Assembly (NCBI GenBank): GCA_021160245.1
Contig: JAGHCW010000202.1
Location: forward strand, 1-61,438
Length of the DNA stretch: 61,438 bases
From: a bacterium
Lineage (GTDB): Bacteria > B130-G9
Direction: 5' to 3'
The notes beneath the pieces are model-generated. The model made no database searches, had not been told where the DNA came from, and saw nothing but the letters and a program-made list of their open reading frames with translations. This document shows positions 19,481 through 29,329 of the stretch, piece by piece. A program made the position numbers and the translations under genes. The first letter of the stretch is position 1, and the number at the start of each line of letters is the position of its first letter.

Positions 19481-20890
19481 ATGAAGAATTATCCCCTAGA
19501 CCCAGAACTCGGATTCGCCAAAATCTCCAAAATGATGCAGGCCGGCGCCGAATGGTGCGAGGTTCTAGTAGAGGACACCAGCAGCTGGTATCTGATTCGC
19601 GACGACAAGAAGACAAACGTCTCCAACTCATCGAGTATCGGCGTTTCTGTCTATGCAGTAGCCTCGGGAAAGAGCTTTCATAGCTGTTGCGATGGAGTCG
19701 AGTCCGACTCAATCAATAGAATAACCGATGCAGTCTGCGCCTCGCTCAAGCGAGAGGGAACAGGTGGCAGTAACCCTCACATTGAGCCGTTCGAGGTAAC
19801 ATCAGAGCCTGTGCAGGATATGCTTGAGCCGCTGGACGAAGTCGCGCTCTCGCGCAAGCTTGAGGTCGCTCAAGTGGCGGACGAGGTCGCGCGCGGGGCA
19901 CACCCGAAGGTCAGCCAGATCACGGTTGTCTATCACGATCTCATCCGCAAAGCCCTAGTTTTAACATCTGAGGGCCGGATCGCTTGGGACAATCGCTCGA
20001 TGCTGGAGCTCGCAATCATGGCGTTTCTCCGAGTTGACGGGGAGCTGATAGCCTCCACCGATGCGTATGGCGCTTTTTCGGGATTTGAGGTTCTCAAGGA
20101 GAAGGAAAAGACGCCTGAGGCCATTGCGAAAGAGGCCGTGCGAAAGGCCGCTCTGCTGATTGACGCAAAGCCCTCACCAGAGGGTGAAATGCCCGTGGTA
20201 TTCGCGCCAGGGAACCCGGGGGTGCTGTTTCATGAGGCTTGTGGCCATTCATTCGAAGCCGACTTCATCCAAAAAGGAAGCTCATTCTCAGGCAAAATGG
20301 GCAAAAAGGTCGCATCCGAACTTGTAACGCTCGTTGACAGCGGCCGTTGGTTTGGCTCATCAGGCTCATTTATGTTCGACGACCAGGGAAATCCATCTCA
20401 AAAGACGACGCTTATTGAGAACGGAATACTAACCAATCACCTATACGACATGCGGACCGCGATGATAGACGGAGTGAAGAGCACAGGCAATGGCCGTTGC
20501 GAGACTTTTAGACATCCGCCCATCCCGAGAATGTCGAATACTTACGTCGAAAACGGCGCCGATTCTCCTGAGTCCATTCTCGCCGATACAAAAAGCGGCA
20601 TTTACATCAAGTCGATCGCACGAGGCGGAAATGTTGACGTCCTATCCGGCGATTTCGTGGTCGGCGTGGGCGAGGGCTATGTAATTGAGAATGGCAAGCC
20701 GACGTACGCTTTGAAGAATGCGACGATCAGCGGCAATGGCCAAGCGGTTCTGCTTGATATTGACGCTGTGGCGAATAACTTGGAGATTCGGTCGTCTGGC
20801 CGTTGCGGTAAAGGTCAGAGCGTTCCCACGGGGTCCGGCCTCCCAACATTGAGAGTCCGCAAGATGATCGTTGGAGGGGGTCGAAAATGA
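19481..20890 (+). CDS. tldD: TldD-family metalloprotease
   Basis: 469 aa. Motif HEACGHSFEAD. Its end overlaps the following pmbA-like gene by 4 nt. Confidence 0.9.
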   Translation: MKNYPLDPELGFAKISKMMQAGAEWCEVLVEDTSSWYLIRDDKKTNVSNSSSIGVSVYAVASGKSFHSCCDGVESDSINRITDAVCASLKREGTGGSNPHIEPFEVTSEPVQDMLEPLDEVALSRKLEVAQVADEVARGAHPKVSQITVVYHDLIRKALVLTSEGRIAWDNRSMLELAIMAFLRVDGELIASTDAYGAFSGFEVLKEKEKTPEAIAKEAVRKAALLIDAKPSPEGEMPVVFAPGNPGVLFHEACGHSFEADFIQKGSSFSGKMGKKVASELVTLVDSGRWFGSSGSFMFDDQGNPSQKTTLIENGILTNHLYDMRTAMIDGVKSTGNGRCETFRHPPIPRMSNTYVENGADSPESILADTKSGIYIKSIARGGNVDVLSGDFVVGVGEGYVIENGKPTYALKNATISGNGQAVLLDIDAVANNLEIRSSGRCGKGQSVPTGSGLPTLRVRKMIVGGGRK

Positions 20891-22254
20891 ACAAGCCGCT
20901 TGAAACAAATCTGTCGGATATCGCCCAGAAGGTGCTTGACCTAGCAAAACGAGGCGGAGCAGACGAGGCGGAGGTTTTCATTGAGCGGAGCTCATCGACC
21001 ACGGTCTTCGTCAAGGACCAAGCCATCGAGAATCTCACGGCCAAGGACACATCGGGACTGGGTCTTAGGGTCTTAAGCGGTTCTGCGCTTGGCTTTGGCT
21101 CCAGCAATCGGTTCAATCAAGCTAGTATTGAGAAGCTAGTTATGGATACGATTGCCTGTGCTAGAGGATCATCTCCGGACGAGTTTAATTGTTTTGCCGA
21201 GTCCAAGGCCCCGGCGGAGATCGATCTTCAGATTTTTGACAAGAACGTGCAGTCTGCTCCCCTTGACGACAAGATAAAGCGAGGACTTTTGCTGGAGAGC
21301 TCGGCGAGAGCATTCGACAGAAGGATTAAGCGCACTGCATATATTGTATATGGAGACGGGGTTTCGACGACCGGTGTTTTCAACACTCGAGGCGTCGCAT
21401 ATCAATTCTCCGCATCGTCTTCTCAGGGCGTTTCCTGGGTTGCTGCGCTGGACGGCAAAGATACCGAGTCAGGTCTTGCAGAGGACGCTTCGACCAACTA
21501 TAGCAAGCTCGATTGCGAGGCGATCGGTCGCGAGGCGGCCCAGAAAGCGGTGGCACTTCTCGGCGGAGAGAAGGTCCAATCTGGCAAGATGCCGGTGATT
21601 CTTGATGGCCGGACCGTTGGGGAGTTCCTAGACTTTTTCTCGAGGCTGATCTCTGCGGACAGCGTGCAGAAAGGCAAGTCGATGCTTGCTGGCAAGTTGG
21701 GCCAGAAAATAGCATCATCCAACATATCCATATTCGATGACGGCCTCCTTATCGGTGGTCTGCAATCGGCGCCGGTTGATGGTATTGGGTACCCTCAACA
21801 GAAGACTGTCGTGATTGAGAACGGTGAGTTAAAGACCTTTGTTTATGATTGTTATTCAGGCAAAAAGGGCAACATGCCTTCGACTGGCAACGCGAGGCGC
21901 GAGAGCTACAGGTCCCGTCCGATAGTCGGGACAACGAATTTCTATATCGAGCGAGGCGAAACCGGAAGAGAAGACCTCCTCGCTGAAATGGGGAAGGGCA
22001 TCCTCATCACCTCAATCCGAGGCCTCTTCGCCGGGCTGGATGTGGCAACCGGCGACTTCTCGATCCCCGCTCAGGGAATGGCGATTCAGAGTGGCAAGGC
22101 CGATCACCCCGTGAAGGACTTCCAGATATCAGGTAATCTATTCAAGATGCTCGCCGATGTCTTGTTGGTTGGCGATGAGCTAGTTTGGAGCAATGCCGGG
22201 CGATACGGCGCGCCGGACATTCTCGTCAAGGAGCTCTCCATAGCAGGCAGCTGA
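20887..22254 (+). CDS. pmbA: PmbA/TldE-family protein
   Basis: 455 aa, a TldD paralogue lacking the HExxxH motif. ATGA overlap with tldD. Confidence 0.85.
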   Translation: MNKPLETNLSDIAQKVLDLAKRGGADEAEVFIERSSSTTVFVKDQAIENLTAKDTSGLGLRVLSGSALGFGSSNRFNQASIEKLVMDTIACARGSSPDEFNCFAESKAPAEIDLQIFDKNVQSAPLDDKIKRGLLLESSARAFDRRIKRTAYIVYGDGVSTTGVFNTRGVAYQFSASSSQGVSWVAALDGKDTESGLAEDASTNYSKLDCEAIGREAAQKAVALLGGEKVQSGKMPVILDGRTVGEFLDFFSRLISADSVQKGKSMLAGKLGQKIASSNISIFDDGLLIGGLQSAPVDGIGYPQQKTVVIENGELKTFVYDCYSGKKGNMPSTGNARRESYRSRPIVGTTNFYIERGETGREDLLAEMGKGILITSIRGLFAGLDVATGDFSIPAQGMAIQSGKADHPVKDFQISGNLFKMLADVLLVGDELVWSNAGRYGAPDILVKELSIAGS

Positions 22255-22360
22255 TCTCTTTGCCTCGACCGCATTTGCCGAATTATCTTGCCTAGCCCCT
22301 TCAATCCCTGTCCGTCATACTCGGATCTCGCCACCATAACGGCGATTCCACAGACTGGGC

Positions 22361-22388
22361 TAAAGATATAGAATCTCCACTCCGATAG
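22361..22388 (+). promoter_or_regulatory. candidate sigma-28 (FliA)-type promoter
   Basis: TAAAGATA-N12-TCCGATAG, compared with consensus TAAAGTTT-N11-GCCGATAA. It lies about 50 nt upstream of the flgG-like ATG. Confidence 0.4.
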
Positions 22389-22439
22389 TAATACTCGCCA
22401 ACGGAAGTAGCCTTTGTTTATTTTGGGAGGATTTCAAGG

Positions 22440-23156
22440 ATGTTCGGAGCATTGGTCTCGGGCATATCCGGTATCTATTCGTCTGTCTTCAGACATCGCA
22501 CATCCAGCGCGAATATCGCCAACGTCAACACCTCAGGGTACCAGGCGTTGGAGGCACGAAGTTCAGTATCAGAAAGCGGCTCCATCTCAAATAGCGTTAC
22601 GCTTAGCCGAGCTCAAGGCGCGTTCATCCCCACGAATCACCCTCTTGATATTGCGATAGAGGGAGGCGGGTATTTCAAGGTGATCAATAGCGATGGCAAT
22701 ATCGCATTTACAAGAGCCGGGAATCTCAGACCGGACCCAGACGGGTATCTGGCTGACCCGGACGGGTTCAGACTCTCCCCTCCGGTCGAAGTGGACTCAA
22801 GCACCGGCTCGGTCACCGTCGATGCTGATGGCGCAGTCTGGGGCAAGAACTCGGAGACTGGGCAGATTCTGCGCCTCGGCAACATTCACCTCTTTAAGTT
22901 CCCAAATCCCTCGGGCCTTGAGCCAATCGGAGGCGGCAAGTATGCCATTACTGAGGCATCCGGCGCCCCCACGTGGGACAAGCCCGGAGCAAGCGGATTG
23001 GGAGCGCTCCGTTCAAGGGGATTGGAGGCGTCCAACGTGAACATCATAAATGAGATGATCGATCAAACACTCGCATCACGCTCAGTCGAGGCAAACGTCA
23101 AGACAATCCAAACGGCCGACGAGATGCTTGGGACAGTTCTAGATATTGTTGAGTAA
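22440..23156 (+). CDS. flagellar basal-body rod/hook family protein (FlgG/FlgF-like), isolated from other flagellar genes
   Basis: 238 aa. N-terminal SSANIANVNTSGYQA, C-terminal LEASNVNIINEMIDQTLASRSVEANVKTIQTADEMLGTVLDI. RBS GGGAGGA. Confidence 0.75.
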   Translation: MFGALVSGISGIYSSVFRHRTSSANIANVNTSGYQALEARSSVSESGSISNSVTLSRAQGAFIPTNHPLDIAIEGGGYFKVINSDGNIAFTRAGNLRPDPDGYLADPDGFRLSPPVEVDSSTGSVTVDADGAVWGKNSETGQILRLGNIHLFKFPNPSGLEPIGGGKYAITEASGAPTWDKPGASGLGALRSRGLEASNVNIINEMIDQTLASRSVEANVKTIQTADEMLGTVLDIVE

Positions 23157-23227
23157 GGGCGTACCCAATATACTCTGAGACGAGCCTATCGCCCCTGATC
23201 GAATGAACTGCTGCTTGCCCGATGTCT

Positions 23228-23851
23228 TCACTCAGTGCCAAAATACCGGTCGCCAGCGTCGCCAAGACCGGGGACAATGTAGCCTTTATCATTGAGCTTC
23301 TCGTCGATTGAGCCAACATAAAGCGGAACGCTTGGAAAGCGCTTCTCAAATGCTGTCGCCCCCTCTGGCGAGGCGATGACGGAGACAGCTCGCAGCGTGA
23401 GAGGGTTCTTTTCGATGAGCATATTGACGGCGGCAATCATCGTCCCCCCAGTTGCGAGCATCGGGTCAACAATGATGACGTTCTTGCCCTGAATCTCCGG
23501 AAGATTCGTGTAGTAAATATTCGGCCTCAAGGTCTCCTCGTCTCGCTTCATGCCAAGAAGCCCAATTCGCGCCTCTCCAAAAAGCGACAGCACCCCCGGC
23601 AGCATGGCGATACCCGCTCTTAAGATACTCACCACAACGATATGCTTGTCCGCCAGAACGTCCATTTTGGCTTTCGTTATCGGGGTTTTGACGCCGACTT
23701 GCTTCATTACAAGGTCTTCGGTGGCCTTGAAAGTCAGAAGATTCGATATTTCGTGAAGCAAGCCTCGGAATCCTCTAATTCCGGTGCTCTCATCTCGGAG
23801 TTGGGCAATTTTATGCGCGATTAACGGGTGATCGATCTGGGTTACCGGCAT
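23228..23851 (-). CDS. upp: uracil phosphoribosyltransferase
   Basis: 207 aa. Motifs: HPLIAHKIAQLRD, VIIVDPMLATGGT, YIVPGLGDAGDR. Confidence 0.95.
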   Translation of the reverse strand: MPVTQIDHPLIAHKIAQLRDESTGIRGFRGLLHEISNLLTFKATEDLVMKQVGVKTPITKAKMDVLADKHIVVVSILRAGIAMLPGVLSLFGEARIGLLGMKRDEETLRPNIYYTNLPEIQGKNVIIVDPMLATGGTMIAAVNMLIEKNPLTLRAVSVIASPEGATAFEKRFPSVPLYVGSIDEKLNDKGYIVPGLGDAGDRYFGTE

Positions 23852-23893
23852 GTGATTTCTCCTTTTCTGGTCATTCCAATCTCTTTGGGTTCT

Positions 23894-24082
23894 CTAATCC
23901 ACTACAGCCAGAGCCTCTAAGGGCAATATCAACACCATAGGCGGAACACACATGAGAAGCAATGAAGGCTTCAGGGGGATTGCGGTTCGGGTGGCTGCAA
24001 GCGGTAGCCCAGCCGACAAGACCAGGGCGATTATCGCACTCGCGCGGTATCGCTGTCGGATTATCTTCTTACGGCTATTCAA
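23894..24082 (-). CDS. possible small hydrophobic protein
   Basis: 62-aa ORF with a TTG start 4 nt after GGGGGAG. It has a basic N-terminus followed by hydrophobic stretches, and no recognisable family. Confidence 0.3.
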   Translation of the reverse strand: MNSRKKIIRQRYRASAIIALVLSAGLPLAATRTAIPLKPSLLLMCVPPMVLILPLEALAVVD

Positions 24083-24420
24083 ATCGCTCCCCCACAGGGA
24101 GCCAAGATGCTAGCCACCAGGATTGCATTCCAATTCAACGCACAAGCCCGATAATCGCGAAAACTCCCGTTAGAACTATGATAGATAAGGGAGTTTGCCC
24201 TTGCCGAGTCGGTAGTTCGGCGCTATGCACTTGACGCTGTCACGGGCAATGCCCGAACGGGAGACGATATGGACGATACGGCCCCGTCGGCGTTCTCTCA
24301 ATGCCAGGCGCGACGTGCTTCACCATCAGAAACGTCCGGCAAATCCCTACGACCGCTCACAAGGTCGCAGCCGATGCGGATAGAGAGATCGCTTACGAAA
24401 ATCACCTTCCTACAGAAGGG

Positions 24421-26224
24421 CTACTTCAGCTCAAGGACGCCGAATGTCTCGGGGTCATAGCTGATTGGTACCTGCCAGTCGGCCGCGCTCTTCAACCTGG
24501 GTTGCTTGCGGCGGAAGTTCACCGCGAACGCCTTGCCCTCAGTCCCCTTGGCGCCCAGCTGTTCAAGCGGAATAGAGACCTCTATGTTCCAGTAGTCGGC
24601 GCCGCGAGCCGTCTTAACGATGTATTCGCCATTCCAGCCTCTATCGGCGTCCCAGCTACCATCTTCCTCCATCACGATCTTCTGGTCGAAGGCTGTTCCC
24701 AACGGTGTGAAGTATATCTGATAGACCGGACCATCCTCGACCGTCTGGAGAAAGTAACCAACGCAGTCCTCGCCAAAGATCATCTCGTCGCGGTTCTTCA
24801 GCTCTGCCGTCAACTTGTCCATCTTGCTATCGAAGCATTTGGCCGCAAGATACAGGTTGTCGCTGTCGTAAGCGAAATAAAACTCGGATGGCTCCACTTC
24901 TTTCTCAACATAGTCGGGTTTGAAGAAGGTTGTTGTCGGTTTGCGCCAGACATTCTCGGTCAATTTCCCGTCGATAACGGGCGGAGTCCCGGCCTTACGG
25001 GCCACGGCCGTCCTGAACATGCCAAGCTCCTTTTCCACCTTCATTGTCCCATCCTTTCGATACGGGCAATTGAGCGTGAAGGATGGAACGGGATAGAGAG
25101 GGCCCTTGCATCGCACCGTGAATTCCGCATCGAGGCTCTCACCCGGGGCGACCTTAATCTGCATGCCTTCTGGCTTCACCTGCCAGCCCTTGGGGACATT
25201 CCACTTGAGAACGTCCTCAATCGGAGACTCGGCACAGAGATTATCTATCTTCACGCTGATTTTCGTCTTCGCGACTCTCAAATCGTTGCGGATAGGGGCC
25301 TTCGTCGTTGTGATTCCCCTGCTGTTTATCGTCTTTATGAAGAGATACTCCTTCGCGGTCATCTGATCCCACGGCAGCACTGCATCCTTCTTGATCGGCG
25401 CAAGCGATAAGTTCTCGCCGTCAAACGTCGCCCAGACGAAATGATACAGAAGGCCGGTCGGGTCCTCCTCAGCGCCTCCACCTGAGCTGCCTACGCTGGT
25501 GTACTTGATGCCGTCGAACTCGCCAGCGAAGTAGTTGTGGAAGTGTCCTGTGAATACTGCATCGACGCTGTTTGCGACGAAGATGTCATGTAGTTTGTCC
25601 GGCTTGCCCTTGGCGACGGTGTTAATCCAATATGGTTTATGGGAAATGACAATCGTAAAGATGGCGTCCTTGTGCTCTGACAGGTCCTTCTTCAGCCAGT
25701 CTATCTGGTCATCTCGGACCTCATTGGGGGCCTCATACCGCCCCGTGTCGAGCATAACAAAATGAACGCCTCGGACGTCGAATGAGTAATCTGGCTCTCC
25801 GACGTGCTTTGTACTGCGCAACCATACCATCCGTTGTGATGTCGTGGTTTCCCGGCACTAGATAGACGGGCACAGTCAGCGGCTCGAGCAGCGTCTTGAA
25901 CTCCGCCCACTGCTCCTCGAGCACCTTCTCATCCTCGGTGTAGCCCTCGATCATGTCGCCGACGTTCACGACGAAATCGGGCCGAAGGCGCAAGACCTCT
26001 TGCACAATCTGGCCGAAGATACTAGGCACGTGACCGCCAGTGCGGTCGCCCAAGACGACAAACCGCATGGGGTATGCCTTCAGTGAGCCCGTAGAAGGCT
26101 TCTGGACGCTTTTCTCGTCCGCGAGACCAGCGCTCGCCACACTCAACAGCAACAACACCACGGTCAACAGAATGGCGGCGAATCCGCTCAATACTTTCAT
26201 CGATATGTGGCCATTTCTGGCCAT
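24421..26224 (-). pseudogene. secreted calcineurin-like metallophosphoesterase with C-terminal CBM9/DOMON-like domain, interrupted by a 1-nt frameshift
   Basis: ORF 25733..26224 carries a signal peptide, VLGDRTGG, GDMIEG and VPGNHD. ORF 24421..25830 continues in the +1 frame with GEPDYSFDVRGVHFVMLDTG and GHFHNY, then PPVIDGKLTENVW...YFAYDSDNLYLAAKCFD. Deleting one base of the TTT run at 25808-25810 restores ...AQYKHVGEPDYSFD... Confidence 0.8.
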
Positions 26225-26262
26225 GAAACTCCCCTCCCTTTCCTGTGTGTTATTGCGGTTAG

Positions 26263-27675
26263 CTAACCCACTCCCAAGTCACATACTTGACCCTCAATCC
26301 ACTCCTGAAGCAGCTCAACCTCGCGCTTACCCGTTTTCACCACTCGCGCCTCGTCAAGGCTCAGCTTCTTCACTATGTAATCGCCGTTATAGCCGTTGAT
26401 CGCGAGTTTCAACTCCGAGCGATCTTGCATCGCGACCCTGTCCTTGAATATGGATCGCACCTGATCCGCCGTTAGCGTCAGAGCGTATATCTCGTTGTTG
26501 TAGGGGAACAGATCCCACAATTGCCGATAGGTTACTTTGCCGCTCTTCAGACCTGCCCCAGCCGTGATATAGGCCTCATCCGCCCCGGTCACATCGAGAT
26601 AGATCTTTTTCGCTATCTCGGTCATCTCGTCCTTTGAATAATCCCTAGAAAGGAAGCCGACCTCACGATCCATGTTCTCTTCCGGCCTCGGCTTTCTGAA
26701 ATCGGCGCTTGTGATACGCCCGCCGATCACCTTCTCGAAAGCATATTCATCGTGCTGCATCTCTCTTTGGGGCCGCGAGGCGTTTATGTATTGGACTATG
26801 AGGCGCGTTGGGTTTTCGAGGACATGAACGTGGACATAGCCCGGCGGGCAGTAGCGTGATGGGTAGGTGATGGAGCCGGTGTTGATGAAGAGAGGCCCGC
26901 TGTTCTCGTATTCTGGGATAATCTTCCTCTCAAAGAAATGCGTCGTTGCGGACAGCACGAGGTCGCATTTGTCCATCACGACTGGCCTCTCCTCGTCTGA
27001 CAGCTGGTTAATCCAGAAGCCAGTCCTTGTGTGTGCGGCTGCGATGACGATGTCCTTCTCGCCCTTCTCAATGGACCGCAGCGTGTCGATCAGGTATTGC
27101 CTCGAATCCTTGGTGAATGCTATGGCTTCGTCCCGTGGTTGATCGGAATAGTGTAGCTGGATCAGATGGACCGTGTAGCCAGCGACGTTGATCTTCGAGT
27201 AATACTCGCAGCCATTCTTCCGGATCGTCGTGTTGGATTGCGTTGACAGATCGACCGTATCGAGTATAGGAGCGCCGGCGCCCCAATCGCCCTGGTTCTT
27301 GCCGTAGAATTCATTCTCGCCGTCGGCCACATTTGGATAGAAGTTCTGCTTCCACCACGCATTCTCATCTAGAAACTCTAGAAAATCGTTACGCCAACCT
27401 CGCTTGACGTGGTCTCCGAGGCCGATGACAAATGCCGAGCGCGATTCCTCAATCCACTTCACCATTCGAGCGAACTCAGGTTTGCTGGCTGGCGAATCGC
27501 CCTTGTTGTCGCTCATTATCGTGAAATTGAATGCTGCCGTCTCGTCCAGCTCGGCAATCGTCTGCATCTCAACCGGTATCGGTTCGGTTTTGGCGGGCGG
27601 GCACTCTTTCGAGCAGCAGGCGATCATGAGGCTGAGCAGGGCTACAATTGAGAGCAGGTTAAGAAGACGGTTCAT
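26263..27675 (-). CDS. lipoprotein-type metallophosphoesterase with 5'-nucleotidase-like C-terminal domain
   Basis: 470 aa. Signal peptide and lipobox-like LSLMIACC; FTIMSDNKGDS and GLGDHV. The C-terminal region resembles the 5'-nucleotidase substrate-binding domain. Confidence 0.7.
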   Translation of the reverse strand: MNRLLNLLSIVALLSLMIACCSKECPPAKTEPIPVEMQTIAELDETAAFNFTIMSDNKGDSPASKPEFARMVKWIEESRSAFVIGLGDHVKRGWRNDFLEFLDENAWWKQNFYPNVADGENEFYGKNQGDWGAGAPILDTVDLSTQSNTTIRKNGCEYYSKINVAGYTVHLIQLHYSDQPRDEAIAFTKDSRQYLIDTLRSIEKGEKDIVIAAAHTRTGFWINQLSDEERPVVMDKCDLVLSATTHFFERKIIPEYENSGPLFINTGSITYPSRYCPPGYVHVHVLENPTRLIVQYINASRPQREMQHDEYAFEKVIGGRITSADFRKPRPEENMDREVGFLSRDYSKDEMTEIAKKIYLDVTGADEAYITAGAGLKSGKVTYRQLWDLFPYNNEIYALTLTADQVRSIFKDRVAMQDRSELKLAINGYNGDYIVKKLSLDEARVVKTGKREVELLQEWIEGQVCDLGVG

Positions 27676-27733
27676 GATGCTCTCGTCTGATATGGTATAG
27701 TCAGGTTATTCTGATTTATGCGCGAATATGAGA

Positions 27734-28312
27734 TCACTTAGGACTTCCTGGCGAGGGCGCCTGGACGGCGAATAAGGCCTCGTTTTTATACTTCTTCCAG
27801 ACCACCTTGGTCTTTGACCATTTGTCACCCAGTCTATGCCCTTTCATGAGCTGAAAAGCGACAAATATCACCGCAAATGGTATGAGTAACGGCAGATTTC
27901 TTTTGAATGACGCCAAGAAGCCTATCGGTTGGCCAGTGTTCTCGTCAACGACCTGAATACCCATCAGGGCTCTGCCTGGAGACTGCCCATTGAAGCCATC
28001 CTTAAACAGGAATAGAAGCCCCAAGATGTACGAAAATGTATATAGCCCAACACCGCTTTCCGATTCCCAAGTCCAGAAGTCAATTCCGATCAACCGTTCT
28101 ATTGCTCTGAAAAAGAGATCCAATAGCACGCCATCAATCACGAAAGCGAACTGCCTCCGATTGGCGAAGCCGAAGTAACATTTCCTACATACGTAGTGCC
28201 CGTATAGCTTGGCATAACGAGGCGCTTTCTTGGGGCTATCGATCCCACAAAGTGGGCATGCAGGACCATGAGTTTTCGAATTATCCATCTGCATTTCATT
28301 GATCTCCCTCAT
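27734..28312 (-). CDS. RDD-family membrane protein with N-terminal Cys4 zinc-ribbon
   Basis: 192 aa. CPLCG...CRKC, then RRQFAFVIDGVLL and 3 TM segments. RBS AGAGGA. Confidence 0.7.
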   Translation of the reverse strand: MREINEMQMDNSKTHGPACPLCGIDSPKKAPRYAKLYGHYVCRKCYFGFANRRQFAFVIDGVLLDLFFRAIERLIGIDFWTWESESGVGLYTFSYILGLLFLFKDGFNGQSPGRALMGIQVVDENTGQPIGFLASFKRNLPLLIPFAVIFVAFQLMKGHRLGDKWSKTKVVWKKYKNEALFAVQAPSPGSPK

Positions 28313-28321
28313 ATAAATCCT

Positions 28322-29329
28322 CTATATCCCCATATTCTCAACAAGTCCACGGTACTTCCCGGCGAGCAAACCCTCGCCGATCATATATGCCCCGCAGGCC
28401 GCCTCCTTCGCGGTTTTCGAGATTTTTGCCACCTTTGTGACCGGGCCGTATTTTGCCAGTCGTCTCACGAGCTCGTCCTTTATAGGCTCGTGATTTGTCA
28501 ACCTGCCGGAGATGACGATCTCTCTCGGGTGGGGGACAACGACGATCATTGAGGCAACGTCTTTCTCGATGCTCTCTCCGAGAAGTTTTAGAGCTTCGGT
28601 ATTTTTCACGAGGTCTTCCGGAGAAATATCGTCTCCGGCAAAATCCCTTACGCCTCCCTTGAAGACCACATCTTGGGTAATCGGCGGCGAGAGCCTGATG
28701 GCTATCTCGGCGTCCATTCTACCGCATCCGATGAACCCAACACTCCCGTCAGTTCCACCTATCCCATCCACGATCCGCCCGCCTTTGACCGCCATGACGG
28801 CAGTGAAGGCATATCCTACTTCAACGAGGATGAAGGACGCGTCATTGTGCCCAATGCCCAGCCGCTCCGATTGGTCCTTGATGCCAAGAGCCACGCAGCA
28901 GACTTTGTCCGCGGTACCCATATCAAATCTGTTCCACTTTCTGTATTCCGGAACGGTCGAAAGGTGGATAACCCCGGGCGTGAAGTAAACCGGCAGGCCC
29001 TCTGCTTTCATCTTGATGAGTAACTGCTTGATGCCCTCATTCACCGCTAATTGAGTGTCCAGAGGAATCATCTTGCCGATGTCTTCATCCGTCATGTCCT
29101 CGATCTTCTTCAGGGGGATTCCGTAACCCGATGGCCCCACAACGGCGTCCAACGGCATAAGCGCCTCGAGCCTATCGAGCAGGATTTCTGGCCTCTTCAG
29201 GACATCTGTGGTTAAGATTGCCTCATCTATCAAAACACGCTCGTCATCCTCCATCCCGAAGAGGTCGAAGCTGAACGTTCCTGGGTCTATTCCTACGATT
29301 CTGATGGCCGCACTCCTTTCAATGGGCAC
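28322..29329 (-). CDS. DUF1464-like ASKHA-fold ATPase (predicted-butyrate-kinase-like family)
   Basis: ORF 28322..29392. IRIVGIDPGTFSFDLFG is a phosphate-1 motif and GGTDGSVGFIG is also present. The longest ORF would overlap the radical SAM gene by 100 nt, so I tentatively start at GTG 29329. The start remains unresolved. Confidence 0.65.
   Translation of the reverse strand: MPIERSAAIRIVGIDPGTFSFDLFGMEDDERVLIDEAILTTDVLKRPEILLDRLEALMPLDAVVGPSGYGIPLKKIEDMTDEDIGKMIPLDTQLAVNEGIKQLLIKMKAEGLPVYFTPGVIHLSTVPEYRKWNRFDMGTADKVCCVALGIKDQSERLGIGHNDASFILVEVGYAFTAVMAVKGGRIVDGIGGTDGSVGFIGCGRMDAEIAIRLSPPITQDVVFKGGVRDFAGDDISPEDLVKNTEALKLLGESIEKDVASMIVVVPHPREIVISGRLTNHEPIKDELVRRLAKYGPVTKVAKISKTAKEAACGAYMIGEGLLAGKYRGLVENMGI

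Noticed and set aside
24301-25410. 369-aa plus-strand ORF
   Set aside because: It lies entirely antisense to the metallophosphoesterase/CBM9 ORF, which has clear family motifs. Its composition is Arg/Leu-rich and it has no motifs, so it is a typical shadow ORF.
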